Shown in pieces: positions 14,201 through 27,023 of a stretch of 64,000 nt of DNA. The position numbers were made by a program, and so were the translations under genes. Below the pieces are notes generated by a model. The model was not told the DNA's origin, ran no database searches, and worked only from the letters and a program-made list of their open reading frames with translations. How positions within the stretch are numbered: position 1 is the first letter of the stretch; each line of letters begins with the position of its first letter. Source of the DNA: the human T2T-CHM13v2.0 reference genome, Homo sapiens. The DNA lies in assembly GCF_009914755.1 (NCBI RefSeq), contig NC_060926.1; one strand, written 5' to 3'.

Positions 14201-16081
14201 GTTAATTCATGTATTTAAACAGATATTAAGCAACTGGCAGAAGATTCAGCTAAAAATAGATCATCTTTCTAAATAGGCTGCTTAACACCGGGCTAGTGCT
14301 CATGGCTATGACACAGAACTCTGTGCAGCCATTGGCAGCATGAGGCCACTTTAGCGAGGCCAGGAGGCCTCAGGTGCAGGCAGCAGGAGGGCACGCCCTC
14401 CCTGGGGAACATCAAAGTACCCGGGCCACCGGGAGAGAACGGGACATGGAGCTGGGGCAGTGGCTGGCGTGCCCTCCAGACTTGGCTGGAGCCTCTGCTC
14501 CCTGCGGTCCTAGGGGGTTATGCTGGTCATTGCCTGCCCTTTTGGCTCCTTGCTTTGCCATTTGCAAAATGAGGGGTCCGGACTGAGCGGTCCCCACAGC
14601 GCCTCTGGAATGAATCCCAGGAAAGCAGGGTGTGGTGCGGTGAGGGCCGGGGCCCCTGGAGGGGTGGAGCTGGTCCATGCATGTCATGTGCTGAGGAAGG
14701 GCCTGGAGTGGGTCCTGGCTGGGATGGAGCCCCGGCTGTCCCTGGAAGGTTGTAGCTCACTTCCTGGGGAGCACAGCTCGCCCCAGAGGAGAGGGAATGT
14801 TGGGTGTTTGGACCCTCCTCTCCTGGGATGGAGAAGCACTGGACTGAGCTGAGTTCTCAGGATGACACCACCACCTCTGGCAGCCCCGTGGTCCCTGCCG
14901 CTTGGCCACTTGGCCAGGAGGCTGTGCTTGGCAGAAGTAGGACAGCAGAGACACAGGGGGCTCTGGCCTAGATCCGGTGGGCAGCAGCCACACCCCATCT
15001 TACAAGGGGGGTCCCATCATTATCTTCTACAGATGATGAGCCTGGAGCCCAGGCCGGGAGGAACTTGCCTCAAGCCCCCAGCTGAAAGCGTTGGAGGTGG
15101 GTTTGACTCAGGCCTTGGGGACTGAGCCCAGGGGCCCCACACTCAGTGGCCTCAGAGTGGGGGTCGGAACTGCGTCTCTCAGGTGGTCAGGTCAGGCAGC
15201 ATGGTGGAGCAACACAGAGGCCAGGATGGAGACCGTGGGGCATGGGGGCTGTGCCATGACCGGGGGGAGCACGAGGCTGCTGAACTGGGGGTGGCAGTGG
15301 TGGGGAGCCGAGAGTAGGGAAGGAGGAAAAGAGGTGGCCTTGGCCCAGAGCCTAGAAGTGAGGGGAGGAGCCTGGCGGAGGAGCTCATCTGCCAGTTGGA
15401 GACCTCCCTTGCGGAGCTGCGGCCCACCTGGCCGCCTGTCTGGTGAGTGCATGGCAGAGGCTGGGAGGTGTGGGGCTGTCTTGCTCCAAGGTGTCCGCGG
15501 ACAGCTGAGAGGAGGAAGTGAGGAGGGTGCAGCCTCCTGTGGACAGGAGACACCCGTCACCGGTGCCTGCCACTGTCTGGGGGCGGAGGACAATGGGGCA
15601 AGGACACAGTGGGGGATGCAGGGAGGAGACCAATCAGTCAGGACCCCGAGAACTGGCACAGGGAGAAGGGAAGGGGGCAGTGTCCGTGTCCCCTGCAGCT
15701 CCCCTGTCTTCCTGGACATCTGTCCCACCGTGCCCCCTGACCCCACAGGGCCGCCTCACAGGCCTCACTCAAATCCTGAGGCTCCTCTGACATCAGGCCT
15801 CCCAGGACGTTTCTCTCCTCCTCTCCTATGGCGTTAGGGCACCTGCTAATGAGCCCCGACGGGCTTGCTCACTCTCATCCAGCCGGGAGATGGGGGACAT
15901 GGGTGCCAAGCAGCGCGGGTGGATGACGTGTGGCTGGCAGCAGCTGGATCCTTCCCCGGCTTGCTCTGTGCCCTTCCCATGGAGCTGGGCCCTCCCTGGT
16001 GCCAGGGCTATGAGTCACCAGGTCTGAGGGCAGCAAGAGGCCCCTCCTTCCCTTCAGCCAAACCCAGCAGGATAAACACTA

Positions 16082-16234
16082 TTTTAGAGACAGGGTCCCG
16101 CTCTGCTCCCCAGGATGGAGTGCATTGGCTCCATCATGGCTCACTGTAGGCTTGAACTGGGCTCAAGTGATCCTCCTGCCTCAGCCTCCTGAGTAACTAG
16201 GTTCACAGGTGTGCTGCCGCGATAAATTTTTTTT
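16082..16234 (-). mobile_element. Old Alu monomer/AluJ right-arm fragment
   Basis: AGACAGGGTCCCGCTCTGCTCCCCAGGATGGAGTGCA...GGGCTCAAGTGATCCTCCTGCCTCAGCCTCC. Confidence 0.8.
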
Positions 16235-16274
16235 AAGCGGCCCATGAAGTTACTTAAATAGGCAGACAGCTGAT

Positions 16275-16420
16275 TCTCAATGCTGAGTGCTTCCTGTGGC
16301 TCAGCGCCAAGTGCTTTGCACACACATCACGAGGAATCTCATGACCCGTGGTGTAGACAGTGTGCATCCCCGTCCCATAGATGAGGAAGCTGAGCCTGCC
16401 CCAACACAGCCTTCAGCCAG
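16275..16420 (-). mobile_element. MIR SINE remnant (other MIR cores near 13170-13460, 14990-15130, 39240-39440)
   Basis: CATAGATGAGGAAGCTGAG core and GTGCTTTGCACAC..AATCTCATGACCC. Confidence 0.6.
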
Positions 16421-17918
16421 TGGGCTTGGAGCCGTCCCCGAGGACAGCGCTTGCTTCTCAGACTGATGCACGGGAATCCCTGGGGCGGGGCCTCGGTTCT
16501 GCGTTTCTAACAGGCTCGTGGGTGACACCTGTGCTGCCAGGCATCAGGAGCCACGGCTGGAGTAGAAGGCTGTGCTCTGCACCTCTGTGTGCTGTGGCCA
16601 GGGAGGTCACAGGCTCTGGGGGTGGAGGTGATGGACGCAGGCAGAGAATACCCAGGGTCCCTGGGAAGGTCCCAGGCAGACACCTGCTGGGTAGCTGGTG
16701 GGCACCTGGTAGGCACCTGGCTGGCCCATCTACAGACCTTATTCCTCCCTCTATCTCCACCCAAACCAGCCCAGAGCCTCTGGGAGGCATGAGGAGCTCC
16801 TGGCTGGGGGCAGGAGAGGCGCTTATTTCTTGTCTCTGCTTGCTCAACAAGACACGTGGAGTTAATTAAGACCAAAGTCCTAGCGTTCTGTGCTTGTCTG
16901 CAAAGCTTTTTAAAAGCCCACACAAGGTGACAGGTTGGAGGCCTCAGGCCCCTTTAATTAGTCTTTTGTGGCCAATTTCCACTTGGTTCCATAGTGCTTG
17001 AGGTCTCTCTTCCTGCCTGAAGCTTCCTTGGCCCCAAGCAGCGGGCCCCTCATTATCAGGGGAGCAGCTAATCAACTGGGCCTGGAGCGGGAGGAGGCTG
17101 GCGGGAGAAGGCTGGCGGGCAGGAGGCTGGTGGTCCTGGTTTCCATTTGGGGACATTGCATGACACATGGCTTTTCCTGACTAGTGGACGCCCCCCAACC
17201 CTGGCTCTGGCTAGCAATCACTTCTGGTCCTACAGCAGGCGTCCCTGGGGGTCACTGTCTCACCCATCACTTCTCCTTCACTGGTAAATGTCAAGATGCC
17301 GATTGTGTGGAGTGGGGATCCGCTTGGTACCAAAGGAGCTCACAGAGAAAAGGGAAGGTGACCCCCTGGTGCTGCCCAGGACGAGCTGGCCTGCGGCCCC
17401 TGGCCTACTCTGGGGGGCGGGGCGGGGAGTGTAAGCGTGTCTCTCCTGCCGAGGCTGCCCCACAGCTGCTCCCTGACAGCCACGTCTGGAAGCTGCCTTG
17501 CAGAACAAGGGCCTGGTAAACCCGGGCAGACCCTAGGGATCCAGGGTGAGGGGTGGCATTGCCTGGGGTGGACAAGGTGGGTCCCTCTGAGAGGGGACAT
17601 CGGAGCTGAGACAGTGAAATGGGAGATGGGGCTGTGCACATCCATGGGAAAAAAATGTCCCAAACAGACAAAGCCTGGGCCAGGCCAGGAGGCAGGTGAT
17701 GCTTGGTGTGTCAGGGCGTGGGGGGAAGCTGGATGGAGCAGAGGAAGGTAAAGCCGGAGGGGCAGGTGGGAGCTGGGCCGCAGGCTTTCCTGGGGACGGT
17801 GAGGACCGTGGATTCTTCCTAAGGAGTGGGGGGCCCTAGGTGTGGGGGTCTCATAGGTGGGACATGATTTGATTGATGTGTTAAAATGTCTACTTATGCT
17901 GCCATGGGAAGTCTAGGC

Positions 17919-18692
17919 TGTGTGTGTGGTGTTTGAGTTTATGTGTGTGTGTGCATGCATGCGTGTGTTTGCATGTACTGTGTGGTGTGTATGTATCCTA
18001 TGTGGCACATGTGTGTGCATGCGTAGTTGGAGCCACCCTCAGCCTGTGTGTGGTGTAGTGTGGCATGCACATGCATGTGTGATTTGTGGTGTGTGTGCAT
18101 AGTGCGGTGTGATATATGTGCATGTGTGGTGTGTGGTACGTGTGTGCATGTTGATATGTGTGTCTCCATGTGTGGTGTGTGTTTTTGGTGTGGTGTGTGT
18201 GATGTGTGGTGTGCATGTGTGTGATGTGTGGCATGTGTGTGCATGGTGTGGTGTGATATGTGCAATGTATGTGTGCAAGTGTGGTGTGTGACATGGGGTG
18301 GCGTGTGTGTATAGTGTGGTGTGATGTGTGTGTTGTGCATGTGTGTGTGTATAGTGTGCTGTGATGTGTGTGTTGTGTACGTGTGTGTAGTGTGGTGCAT
18401 GTGTGTGTGTGTGGCATGGTGTGGCATGTGTGTGTATAGTGTGGTGTGATGTGTGTGTTGTGTACGTGTGTGTAGTGTGGTGCATGTGTGTATGTGTGTG
18501 TGGCATGTGTGTGTATAGTGTGGTGTGATGTGTCTGTTGTGCATGCGTGTGTGGTGTGGTGCGTGTGTATGTGTGTGTCGCATGGTGTGGCATGTGTGTG
18601 TATAGTGTGGTGTGATGTGTGTGTTGTGTACGTGTGTGTGGTGTGCGTGTGTGTATGTGTGTGTGGCATGGTGTGGCATGTGTGTGTGTGGT
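17919..18692. repeat. Imperfect (TG)n-rich tract with internal ~60-80-bp higher-order repeats
   Basis: Recurring block TATAGTGTGGTGTGATGTGTGTGTTGTG; explains the His/Thr-rich ORFs. Confidence 0.95.
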
Positions 18693-18799
18693 GGGGTTCA
18701 GCGGGGAGGCTGCTGCTCTGGTCCTGATGAGAGAGGAAGAGGCTCCGGGGAGGAGGTGGTGGTGGAGGTGCTGAGGAGGTTCTGTTCTGAAAAGGTTGT

Positions 18800-19070
18800 G
18801 AAGTTAGATTGGAAAACATGTGTTCACAGGTCAGGTGTGAGGTAGACAGAAAGAGAGAGGTCAGCATTGGCACCCAGATTCCATGTCTGAGCCAATGGAT
18901 GAACGGTGGCTCCGTCTCCTGAGCGGAGAAGACTCAGGGGAGAAGCAGCCTGAGATGGAAAGTTGAGTCTGTTTTTCGACCTGTTCCTGGTTTGGGGTCC
19001 CTGGGAAGGGTCCTGAGGTGGAGAGCTGTAGAGAACAGAGGGGTTGCTCTCGGGGCACACCTGCAGGGGA
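18800..19070 (-). mobile_element. L2 remnant
   Basis: GAGTCTGTTTTTCGACCTGTTCCTGGTTTGGGGTCCC...GTGGAGAGCTGT resembles antisense L2; similar sequence at 17700-17918 on the other side of the TG tract. Confidence 0.55.
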
Positions 19071-19923
19071 GCACGGAAAGCGTTGTTTACAGAGGGGGCT
19101 GTCGAACCATGATGTGGTTGCACTGAGCCTCAGCCATTCCCATGGAGGCTCAGGAGCTGGGAGAGCTCTTGGCGTCATCCTGCATGGGGTGGGGAGGGAA
19201 CTCCTGCTGTCATCCGCCAGTGGAGGCTGCAGAGGGGCCTCAGCAGTGCAGCAGTGGTGGCTGGGAAATGAGCACCTTGGTCCTATGTGGGGACATTGGG
19301 GTGCACCCCATGCTCCTGGTGGCCCACCCCACCCCCAGCTTAGGCCACTGCCTCCTATGGTGAGTCCACCCCACCTGGGAAGGTCTGCCCTGGCATCGGC
19401 ATGATGTCTCCTCCTGGAGAAACTCAGCAGACAAAGGTTAGTGGGGTGAGCTTCAGCCCCTGTGTTGGCCGTATCTGTCCACTGACCATCAAGACTGGTC
19501 AGGGGAGAACCAGGACATGCCCCAGCGGGTTGGCTGGGCTCCCACCTCCTCCTGGGGACCTGGGCCAACCCTACCAGGTGGGCACTCCCCTCCTTGCTGC
19601 TGGACCTCTGGCGGGAGCAGCCTCTTCTGGAACCAGGACATCTAGACCCGCTTGACCTAAATTCACTGGGTGGGAAGTGCACAGTCTAGTGTGATGGTCA
19701 CTGGCAGTGATGAGGGCAGGGGCAGAGCCCCAGAAGGCCAACAAGGAATGGTGCCTTCTTCTCTGGTGGGAGGACGAGATTCAGTCACTTGTCCTTTACT
19801 TTGTGGGGGATGTGCTGCATGCCTTGGATCACTGGGTCCCGAAAAGCTAACCTGATGCTGCCAGCCTCGAAACATTTTGAGAGTTTCCCTCTCATCCTCC
19901 GGATAGGAGGGTGTCCTCTAGAG

Positions 19924-20256
19924 AAGTGATCCCCAGGGACCACTGGCACCAGGGACCGGTTTCATGGAGGACAACTTTTCCATGGACTGGGGCGGGTGGT
20001 TGGGGGGGGATATTTTGGGATGAAACTGTTCCACCTCAGATCATCAGGCATTAGATTCTCATAAGAGGCAGGCAACCTAGATCCCGAGCATGTGCAGTTC
20101 ACAGGAGGGTTTGTGCTTCTGTGAGGCTCTAATGCTGCTGATCTTGTAGGAGACAGATCTCAGGTGGTCATGCTTGCTCACCTCCTACTATGCAGCCTGG
20201 TTCCTAACAGGCCACAGACTGGTGCCATTCCCTGGCCCAGGGGTTGGGGACCCCTT
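19924..20256 (+). mobile_element. MER1B (hAT-Charlie) with intact 8-bp TSD
   Basis: GAAACTGTTCCACCTCAGATCATCAGGCATTAGATTCTCATAAG core, ends GGTTGGGGACCCCT; CTCTAGAG at 19916-19923 and 20257-20264. Orientation tentative. Confidence 0.9.
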
Positions 20257-20620
20257 CTCTAGAGCACTTTTGTCGTACCAGAGGCTCCGATGTGCTGGAC
20301 ACTCTTTGTTTTATTCATCAGGTCTTCCTGTCGTGACGCCGTCCATGTGGTGGGCACTGTAAGCTCCTGCGGTGTGTGGCATCCTCCATTTGTTGGGTGC
20401 TGCTGCTGGAGGGCTTCCCGTCGCCTGTGCCTGGATGTTATCCTGGATGAGGGCAAGTCCCAGAAGGAACCCAGATATGGGCTGTTAGCAGCCGACACTG
20501 CCAGCAGCTGGGATGACAGTTGTCTTGATTTTAAAGGGGAAGTTGGGATATGGAGGGTATGCAACCCAGCAGCCACTGTACACATGTGAAGTTTGGGTTG
20601 CATATTTGACATTTGGGTGG

Positions 20621-20995
20621 TGCTGTGGTTTGAATGTGTACCCTCTAGAATTCAGGTGTTGAAACTTAATGGCCAATGGGATGTGTTAAGAGGTGGGTCT
20701 TTAAGAGGCCACGAGGCAATGAGGGCTGCCCCTCTTGTGAGTGAGACTGAGGCCCTTATGAGAGAGCTTTGTTCGGCATTCATCCCTCACCTGCCTTTCC
20801 ACCTTCTGCCATATGGGTACACAGCGTTCCTCCCCCGGAGGATGAAGCGTTCAGGGCACCATCTTGGGAGCAGAGACCGGGCCCTCTCCAGACAATGAAC
20901 CTGCTAGTGCCTTGATCTTGGACTTCCAGCCTCTTTCTGCTCTTTATGAATTATCCAGTTGGTGACATTTTGTGACAGTCGCACAGAGTCCGATG
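20621..20995 (+). mobile_element. MSTC/MSTD-like MaLR solo LTR
   Basis: TGCTGTGGTTTGAATGTGTACCCTCTAGAATTCAGGTGTTGAAACTTAAT...CTTGATCTTGGACTTCCAGCCTC. Confidence 0.85.
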
Positions 20996-21888
20996 GGTGG
21001 ACTTAATCTGTGGATTTGAGACTTAATCTTGTTTGACAGCTGGTCAAGCGAGCCCTGTGGAGTAAGTCTGTAAGAAAGACGAGGCATGGAAATGGCAATG
21101 CACATGTCGTTTGTGCAAAGACAGCATCTAGGCCATGGGACTGGGACTCAGAGACCACCCAGTGGGCAAGTGCAGCTAGGAACAGGGTCTTGTGTAGCAT
21201 CCTGGAAGGGGAGGAGGATCCAGTCCCAGAGGCCACAAGGAGCAGCCAAGAGGTGAACTGGGACCCCCAGGGAGCACAGAGCTGGGAACTGAGTGGAGGA
21301 AGTTGGCTGTGCGCAGGGGTGCTCGTGCATGGTGAGTGCTCCCAGAAGGCCAAGGGAGGTGACAGCATTGGCTTTGCATTTGCCAATTAGGGTTGGGGTG
21401 GGGTCATTTGCTGACACGTGTTTCCCCCACCCCCATGACCCATGATGTCCTCCCGAATTGGAAGAAATGAAGGCCTGGCCCTCTGGTCTGTTTTGACCTT
21501 GACTGTTTTGGGGGCTCCAGGAGGTAGCCTAGCTTCTGCTGCAGACAGGTGGGTGGAAGTCCTGGAGGGAGATTCTCTCCATGCCTGGAGGGTTTCCTCA
21601 CAGCCTGTGTGGTAGGGAGCGAGGCAGCCATGCTTCTGAGACCTGTCAGCTGGTCTCCTGCCACCCACCCTCCTGCCCTCCTGGGCCAGCTCCTACTGTA
21701 GCCTCACCCCTACCCACAACACCCAGGATAGAATGGCTTCCTCAGGACCTCTGGGAGGTCACAGGCACCAAACCCCAGGCCAGCTAATGACCAATCCTGG
21801 GTGGGGCTGAGACCTTCCACCACGGAGCCTCACCTTCCTGATGAGCGTGAGCAAGGCGTGTCCAATCGCTGGTGCCATGTCTTCAGGT

Positions 21889-22390
21889 GCATTAGTCAGG
21901 GATCTCCAGAGAAAGAGAACCAGAAGATTTTTTTGCAGGTGCACACATGCACACACTTGCACACACACACATATGGAGAGAGAGAAAGGGAGAGATGTAT
22001 TATGGGATGTGTTCCCACAATCATGGAGTCCAAGAAGTCCCATCAGCTGCTGCCTGCAGCTAGAAACCCAGGACTGCCAGTGGTGCAGCTCAGTCCACAT
22101 CTGAAGGCCTGAGAGCCAGGAGTGCTGCTGTCCAAGGGTAGGAGAAGACAGGTGTCCCAGCTCAAACGGGAGGCAGGTTTACCCTTCTCTGCCTTTTTGT
22201 TCTATCTGGGCCCTCAACGGATGGTTGCTGCCCACCTATGCTGGGGAGGGCAGGTCTTCTTTACTCTGTCCACCAATCCAAATGCTAACCTCTCCCAGAA
22301 ACACCTCACAGACACACCCAGAAATAAGATGTTCCGAGCTATCTGGGCGTCCCTTAGCCCAGTCAAGTTGACACAGAATTAGCTGTGGCA
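21889..22390 (-). mobile_element. MLT2 (ERVL) solo LTR
   Basis: TGCATTAGTCAGGGATCTCCAGAGAAAGAGAACC...GAAACACCTCACAGACACACCCAGAAATAA...CCCAGTCAAGTTGACACA. Confidence 0.88.
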
Positions 22391-24599
22391 TTAGAGTACC
22401 CATCATCCTGTCGGTCACAAGATATTGGGACATAAGAAATAACTCCTCCCTTCCTCTATTATTCTGAAGACCTAAGAGTTTTCAGCAGCAGAGTGGAAGG
22501 TTCGATCTGCCTGACTCAAGATTATTTTACTCTGGGAAAAAGAGGGTCTTCCTTATGACATTCTGTTGGGTGGTCTGGAATGTATTCTCTGGTCCCAAGG
22601 GATCACCAAATTATAAAAGTATGGTTGCACGCAAGCAGTTGGCTGGTCCTTTACAGTCTATGAGGTGCTTCTGCATATAGCACCTGGCGCATTCTTGCAG
22701 ATAATCCACTGTGTACTCTTTCCCTTTTTTTTTTTTTTTTGCTCTGTTTCTTTTTCTGCCCCACACCTGCGACACTGAGGTTTGAAAGGGCATCCTCCTC
22801 TTTCCCAGGAGCCCTCACAGTTTTCCAACCTGGTGTCCTCTATCTGTGCCGACCAACTGTTTTCCATTCAACACTTTGAAATTAAAATGAGTTTGTAGGG
22901 TTGTTTAAGCCATAGATGCATCAAGTGTAAGCCGTGTTTACATGGTAACTGGTGACCACTTAATTACATAGTAATTACAGCATAGCGGCAGGAGATCACA
23001 CAGTAAGTGCTGTGTCATTAGCCCTGATTACTCCTGTCTTCCTGAGCGCAGGGAGGCTGCAGGGTAATTGCTTTTGGATCTTCCAAATGCGGGTGAGACA
23101 AATCCACAGCAGCCTGTAATTATCAAGCATGTATGTGGTGTGTATCGAGTAAGCAAATGTGGGTGTTGCCATGCAGAGTGAGCAAGATCAGAGTCCCGCT
23201 GGGGAGGCTCGGCCCCCTCAGCTCACAGCCCCGAGGGCAGCTGTCTCCACCATCCCCAAATTCATATGGCTCCTTTGCATCTTCAGGTCCAAAGAAGAGT
23301 TAAAGAACACAGTACCAGGATTGAGAAGCCCACATCTGATGTAGTCGTGTTTGTTGACGCCTACTGTGCGTGTGAATAGGCTGTATCCAGCAGGGAAAGA
23401 GGGAGAGAGAGAGAGAGGAGAAAGCATAGTCTATGTCCTTGAGGAGGCCCTGGGTTCCTGGAGGAGGTTGGTGTGTGAAAAAAACGCTTACAACGCAATG
23501 TGAAAAGTACAATAAAAGAGGCACAAACGTAAATCTCTGAGATCCCAGAGGATGAAGAGGGACTCTGCTTAGGGGAGTCACTTAGAACTTTCTGGAGGTA
23601 GCAATTGCACAGCGTCTTGAAGGATGAATAGGAGTTCGGTAAGAGGAAGAAGGGGTGAGAAGGACATGCTGGGTGGAGTTTCAGCTTCTTTTTCTGGAAC
23701 CCTGAGTCCTGCAGCTCTCTCTTCGGTTCTGTGAGATCTTGAATGTGGTTTTCAGTGGTTGAAGGCAAAGAATTTCCTCTTGGGTCGAAGATGCTCTGAG
23801 TGTGGATTCTGTCAATCACCTGCAACTGAAATAGTCCCCATGAACATGCTGAGTTCAGGGCACTGTGAGAGGCGCACAGCAACTGGAGCCTGGGCACGGA
23901 GGGGACATGTTGTGCCTGGGTATTGAGGGAGAAAGTGAGGGTATCCAGACTACAGGATGACAAGGACAACTTAAAGTGGGGGTTACAGGACTGCTCAGTG
24001 CTAAAGACATTCTGAGACAGGCCAAGACATTCCCAACGTGCTGTGGGGTGAGCCCCTCACACCATTGGGCATTGTGCGCTTGGGTTCTCTTGCCTGTGCT
24101 TGGGAGCTCCAGGATACCCCCTTGATCATTATTAGAAGGACAAACCACACTGGGGACCAGGAGGTGCCCGATCTACACCCCAACTTCACCCCGGGGAGGG
24201 GCAGAAGGGCAGGCTCGGCGTCTCCTGGAACTGAACCTGGAGCATGGACTGCACAGCACACAGCCATGGACACTGGAAAGGGAGATCACATAGGACTTGG
24301 GGGTCTTGGGAAAAATGGGAAAGTACCCTAATGGCAATGGGAACACTTAAAAGGATTTGAAGCAGGGGAAGGGCATATCTTTTCAGAGCTGTCTCTGGCT
24401 GGTATGTAGGTTCCAAGGAGAGGACATTGGAGTGAAAGATCAGCTAGTAGGTCCCTGCAGGGTGGCGGGATGTAGGGCAGGCAGTGGCTGTCCTGTGGTG
24501 GCAGTGAGAAGGAGAGGCGTAGGCTCTTCTTTCGTGCTTTTCTTCCTCCCTCCTTTCTGTCTCTGTGGTCACTCCTCTATCTCCCTTGTGAGCTCATCT

Positions 24600-25385
24600 T
24601 CTTCTGGCCTGCTACCGGATGCTAGGGTTCAGCCAGGCACAGCCCTGGGTCTCTTCCTTTCTCTCTCTATTGGCTTGCTCTGGGTAAGTGTATCTACACC
24701 CCCTGCCTCCAGTGCCACCTGCATGCTTATGGCTCCACATTTATTCTTCTGCCCAGATTCTTCTCTGAGCTTCCACTCTCTTGCCCACCTGCCCACTCAA
24801 CGTCTCTTTGTGAATTTTTTAAAGGCACTTCAAGTCCTCTTCAAAGATTTCCTCCTTTAAATCATTGAAATGTTACTTGATGTCACCTCTAAAAGGCCAT
24901 GAACAGTTTGGCCCTTGCCTGACTTTCTGACTTTCCAACAAAATTTCTTACCCTAGTCCCTCCTTTTCTGGGCACAGCAGCCACTTTTGTCTTCTTTCAT
25001 CTCCTGGAATATGTTCATTCTCCTCATGACCACAGGGTATTTGCATATGCTGCTCTGTCTAGAAAGCTCTTTCCTCCTCTCTTAATTTCTTCTGTTTAGC
25101 TCTTCTTCCTCGTTCAGATCTTGGCCCAGGCACCGTTTCTTAGAGGACACTCATATGACTCCCCGGTCCAGGTCAGATTCCTTTGTTAGGTGCCTCTTAT
25201 CACTGGGTTCCTTTTCTAGTTTGTAATTATACACCAGTCTGTGTGATCATTTGGTTACTATTTATCATGTTGTCTGGATCATATGCTTCAGGGGCCATAT
25301 TTGTTTTTGCTAATCATGGAATCTTCATGGTTTCCCTGGTGTCTGGCACATAGTAGTCACTCAATAAATATTTGCCAGGTGAATT
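24600..25385 (+). mobile_element. L2 3' portion
   Basis: Ends in GTCTGGCACATAGTAGTCACTCAATAAATATTTG, the L2 3' terminus. Confidence 0.75.
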
Positions 25386-25434
25386 TGATAGGACTTGTGA
25401 TGAATTGAGGGAGGAGAGATGGAGAACTGCTCAT

Positions 25435-25490
25435 CTTCCATTCATTCATTAGCAAATATTCATGGAGTGCCTGCTCCGTCCCAAGCCTGT
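25435..25490 (-). mobile_element. L2 3' tail, opposite orientation
   Basis: CATTCATTCATTAGCAAATATTCATGGAGTGCCTGCT. Confidence 0.65.
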
Positions 25491-27023
25491 TGGAACAATC
25501 CTACCCACTTGGGGCTTACCTTGCAGAAGGGGATCCTTGGCTTCTGGCTGGAGCAGTCAACCTACCTGATGTGGCCTCTGACCCTTAGTCTAACTGCGAT
25601 GGTCAATGCTGATTACCACTCAAGGAGGGTTAAAGTAATGTTAATGTTCTGACTGGCCAAGAAGTGGTCCAGAAACCCAGCTTTCGGAACTTTGAAGATA
25701 CATTTCTTGGGGCCACTCAAATGTGACACTGTGCAGCCCCTTCTGGACCAGAACTTAGCCCTGCTAGTTCTGGGGAGAACACTCAGAAGGGTCAGAAGAG
25801 CGTGTGGGTTCTGGGTTCTGGGCAGAGGCCTCCAGAGTATGGCAGGCTCTGCATGGAACAGGCACCTCGCCTGGGAGTCACTGTGGGCCAGGCCAGCAGA
25901 GCTGATGGGCCTTTCTGTGTCTGGGTGGGATTGCAGGGAGCAGCCTTGGGCCACGCAGGCTTCCATGGGGACATCTGCCAAAGGGACAGAGGTTGAGGTC
26001 CTCTGTTGGCATACCCAGAGCTTGCCCACTCCCCTGGGCTTCCCTTGGTAGAGGACTGGCAGGGAGGCAGCAGGTGGAGGGCTGCCTGGTTACCACTTCC
26101 CAGTTCTCACCCATGTTCTCCTTGTGAGTGACTGTTCTGGGGTGCACACACCTGTGTGAGGGCCCAGGGCGGCGTCTCCATCCTGGCCTGGAAAGCCCTC
26201 TGGGGTGTGTGTTGGCAGTCAAGGCTGTTGGTAGCAAGGTCTGGGCCCCAGGGCTGTGGAGAGGCAGGCTGCAGCTTCTCACTTGGGGATGGCCTGGGGA
26301 GGCAGTGGCAGCCGTTTCAGTTTGGAGGATGTCCCAAGGGTGGGGGGCTTCTCTGTCCTCCCCTCATGCACCAGTAAATGCGACAAAATCCCTCCGGGGC
26401 ATCTGCCTTCCTGGAGCGAAGTGGGCTTCTGCTCTGTGGCAGCAAGGGCCTCCCTCACTGAGCACCAGGTCGGTTCCAGCAGGGCTTTGGCCCCAGGAAT
26501 CCTTCCACGGAGGACCTGAAGGCAGCCCGGTATGGCCCCCTCCCTGGCAGCCAGAGAGTGGAGTGCGTGGCTCACTGGGCTCTGGATTTATGTAACTTGG
26601 AGCTGAGCCTCATGGGTCCTCCTTCCTGGTATATGTGGGAAATGGCTCTGGATTTTTCTGGTGATGGCCAAGAGAGAGCGCTTGAGACAGGCAGGGGCAG
26701 GTGTGCTGAGGGATGCTGCAGGCCAAGAGCCTCGCCTGGCCTTCGAACCACATCAGAGCGTAGACCTCCCTGGACATGGCACGGAGACTCGAGGGCGCCG
26801 TCCATGTGTCTGTGTGGCCCTAGCAATGGACTTGGCGGGGGGAAGCAATTCACACAAAACACCATGCGCCCCTCTCACTGGGCTGGAGTAGGGTAAACTG
26901 CAGTGCTCCCCACACAGACTGTTCCCACTGAGATTCCCAGCATCAGAGGAGCTGGAAGGAGGGATCCAGCTGCGGGCTTCAAGGACCCTGGAGGGCTGAG
27001 GTGAAGAGGACAAGGTTGACAGC

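Noticed and set aside
17939-18873. His/Thr-rich ORFs (also 60426-61269)
   Set aside because: Artefacts of (CA)n-like tracts.
12226-19682. Long ORFs in GC-rich unique DNA (e.g. 12226-13122, 15091-15837, 18861-19682; also 52285-53106, 58632-59414)
   Set aside because: No recognisable domain, composition typical of GC-rich noncoding frames, overlapping ORFs on both strands.
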